Assembly: GCF_018977255.1 (NCBI RefSeq) | Contig: NW_024704758.1 | Coordinates: 12,338,001-12,402,000, forward strand | Direction of reading: 5' to 3' | DNA: 64,000 nt | From: Callorhinchus milii | Lineage: Eukaryota | Shown: positions 1-11,000 of the stretch, one piece after another | Numbering within the stretch: the stretch's first letter is position 1 | How the letters are laid out: each line of letters starts with the position of its first letter | Position numbers and translations under genes: made by a program | Notes under the pieces: generated by a model | Told to the model about the DNA's origin: nothing | The model's database searches: none | What the model saw: only the letters and a program-made list of their open reading frames with translations

Positions 1-299
1 CAGCACTTATGCATTAGCTCTTTATTTGCATATAAACATTTGCATGTATAAGATTCTATGTACACACACACACACCAGGTTGCATACAAATGGAAAGGGG
101 GGAAAATGCACAACAAAACAAAAACATAAAAAAACCTCACATAAAACAATCACCAACTAATATTCCTTTGGTTTAGATTCTGCAAATAATTTTTCTAAAC
201 CTAGCAATTTAAGGCGCAGGAACAGGGCTGTCCACAGTATATTTAACTTTAGATATTGGAATACGTGAAGCAAACTTGTAGCACTGTAGTGTTATAATA

Positions 300-676
300 T
301 GATAATAATAATAATCCTTGCATTTAATACACTGCTTTATCATGTCTTTGAGACGTCTCAAAGGGCTTCACAGAATATACTGTAAAGTGAATTGACTGCA
401 TATTTTGTGGGCGAAACGCGGCAGCCAATTGCGCAAAGCAGTGTCCCACAAACAGTCATGGATTGAAATGACCAATTTATTATTATTTTTTTGAAGAAAA
501 TATTAACCACGGAAAATTGATCCACCAATCGATTAACAACTGGGTTCCTACTTACTGCTTGGTAAACAGAGGCGTGTGGAGTAAGGAAACTTGCCCAACA
601 TTTCGCCCTCTCAGGAATCGAACCCAGGTCTCTCACTTGTGAGGTGAGTGCTCTATCCACTGAGCTACAGACACCA
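300..676 (-). mobile_element. tRNA-derived SINE with L2-like 3' tail, long-core subfamily
   Basis: Minus strand: A box TAGCTCAGTGG, B box GGTTCGATTCC, core GGGCAAGTTTCCTTACTCCACACGCCTCTGTTTACCAAGCAG, 3' end AAATGCAAGG(ATT)n. Confidence 0.88.
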
Positions 677-867
677 TGTTCTACTCTGGTTACAGAAAAC
701 CAATGATGTCATTTCTGAAGTCATGGGATTCAATGGTACAATTTCCTGTAGATTCTGAGGTTTAGAAGTATGTTAGTAAATGCAGGTTGTCACAGTTGTG
801 GTCACATTTTATAAATAGGACACGCATGGAATATCAAGACCTAAAGTCTTAAATTAACCAGCTAATT

Positions 868-1010
868 GCAGTTCTGACGAAGGGTCGTGGACCCTAAACA
901 TTGACTCACTTTCCTTTCTCCATAGATGCTGCCTGACCTGCTGAGTTTTCCCAGCTCTCACTGTTTTGGTTTCAGATTCCAGCATCTGCAGTATTTTGTG
1001 TTTTTTTGCA
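868..1010 (+). mobile_element. Penelope-like / retrozyme-type repeat relic with a decayed hammerhead motif
   Basis: CTGACGAAGGGTC..GACCC.AAAC followed by GATGCTGCCTGACCTGCTGAG..TTCAGATTCCAGCATCTGCAG, a motif I recall as abundant in cartilaginous-fish genomes. Family assignment is from memory. Confidence 0.65.
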
Positions 1011-3964
1011 GAACTTTATATATTTTATAAAAGGTTTAGTGGAAACAAGGATAAAAGTTTTCTCGAGAACATGTAACATTCCACTGAGTTTTATGGTGCA
1101 TTTATTGAATAGTCCGGCTAGCAAGACTAACCAGGTGACAACACTGCAAGACAAATACAGCTGCAATATAAATATTTCAACCATTTCACAGGATTTACTG
1201 TAAAGTGTAGTGACTGTATTAAAGTGTTGATAAATTTAAACACACGAATCAACTCTTATTAGCTACTTTATGAATGTTAGATCCACTCGTGTAGGCTACG
1301 GCCATGAGCTGTGAACTGCTTTATATTGATGTACAATTCTGCAAGGCCTATCGTGTGCTGTGATGCAGAATACAATGAGCCATTTATTTTATCAGGGTAT
1401 TGACACCTCTGGGATTGCAAGCTACTATGGGCCAATGCTGTGCACAGAAGAGAGCCACCCACTTTACACAGAAATCATGAAATCCAACACTGAAAGAGCT
1501 GTTCCTGTGTGTAGTTGAAAGAATATAGGACAGGACCCATGGTATACATAATCTCGCCCCTCAATGCGTTTCTTGAAAGTTACCAGGACAGCTCACTAAG
1601 GGGAAGGTAATTATATTTACGAGGGTTCTTGTCATGTCTCGGTCTCCAGTCCAGCACTTCACTACAGTACAATATTATTGGTCAAGGGCCTGGTAAAATA
1701 ACCTTGCGTCAAATGTGAGGAAGGATTAAAACAACGGTGGTTGTGGTGCTGAACGATTTACATTATACTCGACTAACTGAGAAAGCATAACAAATTGAGA
1801 TGTTCTCAAAACCTGCTTGTATTAAATGCATGAAGTTGTACAAAATGTAGCCCTTCAGGTACAAAGGCAGAGAAAAAAAATCAGCATTGTGTGAATTTAT
1901 AATGACATGTAAAGTACATTTTAACATCTGAAACAAGGATGTTCAATGCTCATAACCGTCTCAAAGTCTGCTATTACCTTGGATAATAAATCCGTGTCTG
2001 GAGCATTTAGCCAGCTTTCTCAATGAATGTCTTTAGTCCTTATTCAACCAAAATTAATATGTTCTCTGTTCATCGTATACCACCCGCATCTAACATTATT
2101 CACTACCAAAAATCTGGATGTTCTTAAGGCAAAGCTGTACAGTGGTAAAGTCGAAACACAGTTCCTGGCTGTATTTTCTTCACATCCATATGTGGGTCAA
2201 ATCTATTCATATGCTTATGAGTTTAATTCTTGGAATTACCATCTACGCAAGTTGTAGACTCTTCACCATTGATTAAAAATGCAATCTGAGGAATAGGAAT
2301 GAAAAATCTAGCCCTAATCTAAAATCACATTGAAATTCCATTCAAGTAAAGCACTTTAGGCTTCAAACAAGCTTTCCATAATAATGCATTATATCCCAGA
2401 CTCTAACAAACACAAAGCACTTCGGTTTAAAAACAAGATTGATAAAATCCCTTGAAAATGGCATCTTATTGGTACATCAACATGATGACGATAGATTTCA
2501 GGCACAGGAACCTAACATCACAAGTTCCCAAACTCACCAACTCTATTTCTGGAAAGTGTTAGTGGAGGCAAGACACTTGCCCTTGGGGAGAAGGGGAAAG
2601 CTATCTTCTGCTGTATTTCTCTGAAAGAATATGTTGCCTCTGCGTTCGATGTGTTGGATAGTGATGTGACTGTTCAGAGAGGCACTGCTTTTATTAAATG
2701 TGAGTTTTATGGACTCTAGCCAAAACTAGTGACTGCATTGGGAATGCAATCATTTGGACTCACAGGACTGGAAATGAGAAAATAGGGACAGATGATTATT
2801 CTTTTTCAGTGCGCAGACTTGACAACACACAGCCCACTGAATGCCCTTCACTTTAAATCATAAAATAAGCTTGCATTGTGTGCATTGATATCACAGTAGA
2901 AGATAACTTTTTGTACATTTCACCCATCAAATCTCATTCATCTATTTAAATTTACTGGTTTCGTTTTGCAGCTCCACCTTCAAAACATCTGTTAATTATG
3001 TGTTGGATTGTATTTACATCCATTACAGCTCAGAAACTACATGGTCATACATTTAGCGGGGAGCAGAAGACAATAGCTCCCCTCCATTTTCTTCACTGAA
3101 ATTTCACAGCAATACCTCAGTTGATACAGCTGCTGTTGATGTCGTACACTCCAGTCAATCGACACAAGGTTAATAGTGACTTTCGCGTGAAAGTCTCTCT
3201 ATTTGTTCAGTCTCTTTCATTCTTCACGCTACCTAATGAAAAACTGATGTGTTGCTGTGCAACAATGTCCAGCGAAAGTTATTTTTGTGCCCAGAAATCA
3301 CACCAAAGATGGCACAAATAGAATCATGTGTTCAATCTGGACAAATCCTTTCGTAAATATTGTAATTATGCTTTGTGGATACAGGAAAAGCTCAAAAGAT
3401 CACCTTAACTTTCTCAGCAGCATTCACTCTCGTCATTAATCATACAGTCCTCAAGTGTTACCTACAGTACTAGCACGAAGCCACGGAGCCTGGAGTTGGA
3501 CTGTACTGGAAAACGACAACTTAGAACATACGAATAGGCCATTCAGCCCTCAAAGTTTATTCACCACTTTATTAGATGATGATAGATCTTTAAATCCCAT
3601 TTCCCAAATACTCTTGCATCCCAAGTATCTGTCTCAGTTATATTAAAAAAAACTCAATAGATTCTGCCTGCTTGTTCCTCTCAGCTGGTATATTGTACAA
3701 CTGGAACAGTGTCGAAAAATCAGGACAATGCAGCTCAAAAAAAGGAGAGAAGCAACAAGTGTTTCTCATGCACAGAGCTGGGACAGAACATTACTCAATG
3801 TTGCCACGTGGAGAAAAGCCAAGAAGCAGCATCTGGATATGAACATTCAAAGTAGGGAAGACTCAGGTGATTTATCTTAACGCAAATCAGAAACGGGTCT
3901 GGCAGCCTTGCAGTTCATTGTTCATGTAACCATTCTTCATACGTGGATCAAAACAGTGAGAGAG

Positions 3965-4586
3965 ACGAGCAGAAAGTACAAGAGTAGGGAAGTCTTGCTG
4001 CAACTGGACAGGGCCTTGGTGAGACCGCACCTACAGTATTGTGTGCAGTTTTGGTCTCCTTATTTAAAAAAGGACATACTTGCCCTAGAGGGGGTGCAGC
4101 GTAGATTCACTCGGTTAGTTCCTGGGATGATGGGACTGACCTGTGAGGATAGGCTGAATAAACTAGGGCTGTATTATCTAGAGTACAGAAGAATTAGGGG
4201 AGATTTTATTGAAACATAAGATTCTTAAAGGGCTGGATAAAGTCAACACTGAGGGTCTGTTTCCCCTGGTAGGAGAATCTATAACCAGGGGTCACAGTCT
4301 TAAAATTAAGGGTCAGCCTTTTAGAACAGAGTTGAGGAAACATTTCTTCACTCAGAGGGCAGTGAATTTATGGAATTCACTACCCCAGAAGGCTGTAGAT
4401 GCTCAGTCCTTGAACATCTTCAAGGCTGAGACTGATAGATTTTTAAAAAATAGAGGGATTAGGGGCTATGGGGATAGGGCAGGTAATTAGAGTTAGGTCT
4501 GAAGATCAGACATTATCTTATCGAATGGCGGGGCAGGCTCGAGGGGCCGAATGGCCTATTCCTGCTCCTAATTCTTCTTATGTTTT
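3965..4586 (+). mobile_element. 5'-truncated CR1 LINE (ORF2 C-terminus plus 3'UTR), frameshifted
   Basis: YKSREVLLQL.RALVRPHL.YCVQFWSPYLKKDILALEGVQRRFTR..TRGHSLK..FFTQRAVNLWNSLP is the CR1 ORF2 C-terminus; frameshift/stop near 4217; 3'UTR GAGGGGCCGAATGGCCTATTCCTGCTCC. Confidence 0.93.
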
Positions 4587-4929
4587 TCTAAAGATGCAAT
4601 CCTTTTGATAACGTGAAGACACAGTGTCTCACAGAGGGCAAAAATCAAAGCCTGTGCAACTATTGTATTGCATTTTGTCAGGACTGTGCTTGGTTAGGAT
4701 GAGAGACTCAGAACAAAGAGTGAGAAGGAGAGAGAACAGGGCAATAGGGAACAAGGAAAGCAAGTTTATTGAGAGAGAGATAAGAAGAGAGCAAAGAGAA
4801 ATCAATCACAGTTTTCTTTTTTAAAAAAGTGTAATCATGAAAATCTTTCCAGGTATTGTAATGAAGAACCATCTGTTAAAGCACCTTGAAATTACAAATT
4901 GGGATCAGAATGCACACTTGTTTACTTAC

Positions 4930-5032
4930 GCCTACATTCTTTGCAGCATTTGCCTTCTGTAAACACTGGTCGGAAATCTGTCGGGCAGGATTGAGGAGGA
5001 CACGCAAGGCGTTTGCACTCAACAACTCCATT
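4930..5032 (-). CDS. NELL1: NELL1 exon 9 (vWC)
   Basis: NGVVECKRLACPPQSCPTDFRPVFTEGKCCKECR, with the vWC CCxxC motif; CCAG/GTAAGT; 103 nt. Confidence 0.95.
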
Positions 5033-8000
5033 CTGGAGAAGAAAAAGAGAGGAATTAACGACTGATTCCATTTTTTTTGAAAAGATGATTTTCTTGAACT
5101 CCATTTATCTTGCATTGTATCTGCACACCCTCTGTGCTCACCGAATGAACGATTGTGGAATTAGTTTCCACCATAAAAACTCACGTAGCTTATTGAACAG
5201 AAGCAAAACAATCTTTCAGAAACTAACAAGGAATTGGAATGTGTGAAGTGTTTCAATGTATGATGCGTTCTCAAATTGATAGAGTTAAGAAAAAGAAATT
5301 GCATGTCCACACTATATATCAAAATAACCCAGAAATTATCATGCCCTAGCAACATAAATGGGTACAAACTGAGTATCCTGTATTCGCAGGAAAAACAGAA
5401 GGAAAGGTAGAAGTGGTCAAGCGAGTTCCCGGGTGATTGAGTGCTTTGGAGAGCATCCAACATCAACAATTACCTTGCAGGTACATTGTTTGCAATTTTC
5501 AACCCACGATTCCATATTGTGGCGCACCAAAGTGTTCACCTGACATGTTCTCTCACAGTAACAATTCTCCAGCTCACTCAGACGATTTTCTGCATAGTTT
5601 AGCTGCAACAGAAACATTGGTAATGAAATATCTGTCGGAATATCCATCCACTTTTAAAATGCCTCTGCTAAATTTCACAATCTCCACGCTGCCCCACTGC
5701 CCCGCACCCACCCCAAGAAAAAAAAATTGCCCGCTTGCATCAGGCACAGGTAAATTGGACAAAACCACACCAATTACGTGGCAATTGTGGGAAAAAATAC
5801 AAGCCCCAGAGGCACCTTAGGCAAAGTACAAAGCTCCTCCAGGAAGTCCTGCTAAAGGATATCCTCCAACCAGCAACTTATCAACAGGAACCGCAACCTT
5901 TGTGTTTGCCATGTACAGCGCCGAAGCTTATTGTTATAATAATAATAATCCTTAATAATAATCCTTGCATTTGATATAGCGCTTTTCACGTCGGGAGGAT
6001 GTCCCAAAGCGCTTCACAGAACACACTGTAAAGTGAATTGACTGTATATTTGTGGGCGAACGCGGCAGCCAATTGCGCACAGCAATGTCCCACAAACAGT
6101 CGTTGATTGAAAATGACCAATTTATTATTGTTTTTGGTTTTGGAGGGATTATTATTAGGCGTGTGGAGTAAGGAAACTTGCCCAAGGTTTCGCCCTGTCT
6201 GGAATTGAACTCAGGTCTCTCGCTTGCAAAGCGAGTGCTCTAACCACTGAGCTACAGGACTCCATTGTTGTCAGCAAGTAGACTGCCACAAACTGTTCCA
6301 AGACATGAGAAAGTTTGAAATGATTGAGAAGGAAAGCCCTCTTCAAATACTGAAGAGGGACTGGCTAGCCTGTTGCAGAGCTTGTACGATGAACCAAGTA
6401 ACCTGACAAATTGATTTAAAGCTAATTTGTGACAAGAATAAAAGTCACAAATGACCTTTGAACAGCAACAAGGCACTCTGGATTGAGATGTTCAATCTGA
6501 ACTGTTGCTGTCCAACAGAATGCCCATCAAGCCAGTTATTCAAAGTGTCAAAGCAAAAAATACAAGAAGCCCACATGGAGATTTGAACTTGCTTGGCAAA
6601 GTAAAACATTGTTCTATCCACCACTAAAAATACCCTGAAATTTTCATTTTTATTTATCCCCTTGAAAAGATGCTCAGTTGAAAGTTCAGGATTCTCAAAA
6701 TCAGAACTGGAAGCATCATACACAGAGCTGGCTGATTTAAAGGGCTTATTGGATCTCAATTTAACACATTAGGGATTTACTGTAGTAAGATCTTATGATC
6801 ATGATTCAGAGCTTCAACCAGAGAGAGAGAGATTGTTTGTTGAAAAGGCTAAATAAAACATTTAACTATACATAGAGTTGCAGCACCCTTTCTGAGCATT
6901 TGTTTTGAAATTTAAATGTATATGTCTTAACGTTTCTAGAACAAAGTAAAGCATGAGTAATCTAGACTCATTTCCCTAAACTTTCACTCAATTATTATTT
7001 CATGTGAGGTGGGAAAGCCACTTTCTCTAATGTGAAAGGCTATGCATGAGTAGTAAACACGACTGAAGCTCTAATGTCAGGTTATAGGTTTGAAATTACC
7101 ATTAGCTGTGATGATTTTTTCATGACGAGTACTGTTAATTTTTCATCCCGTTTTGGGATAATAATAGAATCTGAATTAAAACAGGATTAGTTACAGAAAG
7201 TGGAAAGCCATGTGGGGAGGGTTGTATTTAGACCACACTACCTATGTGAAGACTGGAGCATGTGGATTGCTTCAGGGAGGTTTCTTACCAATACTCTTTG
7301 ATACAAAAAGGTAATAGAGAAGTTCTTGCATTTTATGAAAGGATTCAATGGAATTAAACCATTATGCGATTGTTTCCTCATGATGGTAACTCCAAACAAA
7401 GGGGAATAGGAAGGGCGGAGGCTTATGTGGAGTATGAACACCAGCACAGACTAGTTGGATTGAAAGGCCTATTTATGTGCTGCAACACTCTGTAATTATA
7501 TATAATTCTATGAATTGTGATATTTTCCCATGTAAAAGTAACTTATTTTGGATTGTGATAAATACACAACATAAAGGCAGCAATAAGACATATTTCTTGA
7601 GGCTGCATTGGCCATCTGTAATGTTAAGCTATATGGAGCACGACAAGAATGTTAATTTTACATTTTTCAGCAGTGATTACATTATTTAATCTTCACCATG
7701 AACTGCATCATTGTAAACATTGTATTGAAAAAAAACAAGAACCCCGAGTCCTGTTTCTAAATTTATTACTGCACAGCTAAAAAGTTCACTGTATTTCATA
7801 ACAATTCACAATTGCATTTGCTATCCGAGAAAGTTGCATTTATTTACAGAGATTTGATTTGTGCCTTGGGACGTCCTCCTGACGTGAAAGGCGCTATACA
7901 AATGTTATGTTGTATTGTATTATCATTGACTTAATCTACCCTCAAAACTAATCTAACCTCAATGTTGCTTTCCAGAATAAAAGGTTGGTATTCAACCATA

Positions 8001-11000
8001 GGCTTCATTATACCTTTCATATTGAAAACTAAGTTGTGGTAATAATAAAATCTGAAATACATTAGCAAGCCCATTGAAAAACACTTAAGCCATTTATGTT
8101 GACTTCTGATTTACTTTATTGCATCATGTAAACAAAATAAAATGGACAGACTCGCTTTCTCAATTTTACTCAAGTTTAATTTTGCAAGCAATATTCCTCC
8201 ATCATTGGAATGAATTACTTCAAAATATTGGCTGCTTAATATCTATCCAGCATTTGTTCTTGCTTAAACACAAAGTAAGATTCCTTCTTGATGTTCAAAT
8301 ATTGCAGAATGTGGCATTTGAATTATGTTTTAATGGCAATTACATGTTACTGCATTCATAGAACTACGTAAACTGGCTTATTCAACGGGAAGGCAATTTC
8401 ATGAGCTAATAGTTCAGGAAGCCAAAGTTAATTCAATTTTAAAAACACCCACTATTCACAGTACGCATAATGCTTCGCCTCTGGTTCATCTTCACTGTGT
8501 GAAGTTACTTAACCATAGATGCACTAGGGCCCAAGAGACACATTACAAGTTCCCCGCCTTTGAATTCCAGGAATCAAAAAGGATCCATTTTCTTATCTTA
8601 CAAAATTGTGGCTTTATGAACGTGTCACTTATATAACTCATGAAAGTCATTCTCAAATGCAATTTTTACAATTTCTGCTAATCAACATGATAAATTACAG
8701 GGCTAATACGGCGATTCATTATTGCATGATACAATAAGTATAATTACACTGCTCCTTTATCATTCTTGACCTTTACAAATGCATTTTCAACCTACGGGTA
8801 TTATACGAAAGGAAAAGACACCTAATGCAATCTGCGTTAACGATTAAAATACATTAAAAAGGGGAGATTGTATCTCAAACTCACTTTTGTAGTCATTTTG
8901 GCAAGGAGCTCCTGCAGATCCATAATCCCTTGTACCAGATTCAGAAAGTCACTGCACGTTGGGCATGCTCGAAAAGGCAAAAATAAAGAAGGGATTGAAA
9001 GGGTAAGAATCGATCAAATACAATGCTTATGTCTGATCATGCAGATTCACAAGATATGCGTATTCAGATTATCTAACAGTTTCCATGGGGATAATCACAA
9101 GGTTTGCTTTTGCTGGTTGTTTTATAGAAGTCAGAGAAAAGTGACAACAGCAAAAAAAAAACACTAAACGTGCCACTCTTGCAAACTGGGTGATTTGTGA
9201 TTTTCATGGCAATAATTTGCATTGAAATATCTGTGTATTAACTGCACAAAGAGCCAGAGTGCTGGCTGGCATTTGGCAATGCAGCAATGTTTCAGTTGGT
9301 AGCATCATCTCGGAACACAATTCAGGCAGAAATCATGGCTGCTGATAATTCCTGAGATGACTGAAGCAGCAATAGAATTAATGCGTAATAATAGCACAGG
9401 TTTAACCCAGTATTAATTACTTATTAACAGTTTATCAAATTAACTTCAACAAGTCCTGTTTTGTAACATAGCATTAAATAAGTGGGTTTTACATAATCTA
9501 ACAGGTCACAGTTAATGATGTGTACAGTAATAAGGACAACATTGCAAGAAAATGTATGTGAGAAACATATTTAAAGAGATAAGCACACGTTTGTGCATTT
9601 TATATTCAGGCCAGCCACCCACCCAAGTCCAGTTAATTTTAAATGTTCTCAATATTGACTTCTGAAAATGCTAATTTTTAGCAACAAAAAAAAATCAAAT
9701 ATAAAAGCAGAGAAATAAATCAGGATGCCCACTCCTGATCGCAACCAATGATTCTTGCGGGAAACAGTATGGGCGAATACGAACAAGATTGAATTCATTT
9801 GTGATGCACAATACATAGCCAGCCAATATTCATCATCCAGGTACAAAATAGTTTCCAGCATTTGTGAACGATAATCTAGCATTGGTGAGCACCTACAAGA
9901 GAAAATATTGGGTGGTGGACAAAAGTGACAATTGTACTGTGAAACCAAGTTTTCAATGTGTATTTTTTAAATTAATAGATGGTTAACTTTCATTTTACAA
10001 CGTATACGTTTACTTTAAAGGTTGCAGCTTGTTCCCCACCAATCTATGATGGATATATCCTGAATTGCTATTTTTAAACCAAATGTAAAATGTGTTATTT
10101 TGAGATTGTAAAACTATGCCTAATATCTGAGAAAGCAATCAAATTGAGATGGAGGTAGAGAATTTAATTCTCTGTCTATACCTTTAGGGTCATTATCATT
10201 CATTTCATTTTGTGAATTATAGAATGTTAAATGTTGGTTAACTTAATTAACTAATAATGCCTGTATTTCTGCAACGGATTTACAATTACATAAATTTGTT
10301 CGGTTCCGTATCAGAATTTTGCATTTTCCATCCAGCAACATTGATGAGATGCTTTTGCTCTACAATATGCCCATTTTATAGATGTTTAAAATGGGCAGAA
10401 ATCCATTATGCCAGGAGGAATTGAGAATTCAAACAGTTCATTATTCAAAACCACAAATGGAAAAACAAACTACACCGACAGGTCTTCAACAAAAATTTAC
10501 AGCATTCACTATATTTGAAATGGTTTGCATTTTTAAAAATAAATTTAAAAATGCAAACCATTTCACAAGCACCTTATGCTTCAGAATTCAACCTCAAACT
10601 ATTAAAGTCAGAGTAAATAAAAGTAGGTTCTAAATAAATGCATAAAAAGCAATGCATAAGATTCCCACATAGCAAACAGCTTTCTACTTGCGCTCGAAAA
10701 GCATTCCTGATCCGAACATAGAATTGATCAGGTCCTCACATTCAATTATTTCATTTAAAATTTTCCCACTGCACCGTGAAAAGTCACGTAGAATAGTACA
10801 TTTTAGATGGTGAATGACTGGTTTAGAATGTTTTACAGTGTTTGCATCAATTTAATGATTCCCTCAATGATTCATCAGACCACAACAGAAGGCACTGAAA
10901 TTGGATAGTCCTAGCTGCAATTCATAGAACTAATTCAAGTGCGGCAATTTTTGGCAACCTAGTGTTTATCAACATTGAGCTGTTCAGATTTCTGAAAAAT

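Noticed and set aside
1-4929. NELL1 exon 10 (expected ~CIYGG...CREC)
   Set aside because: No matching exon found on the minus strand; it presumably lies left of the window.
6190-6264. tRNA(Ala, TGC)-like gene
   Set aside because: It is the tRNA-derived head of a SINE: no acceptor-stem closure, and it continues into the SINE body. The same holds for the other copies.
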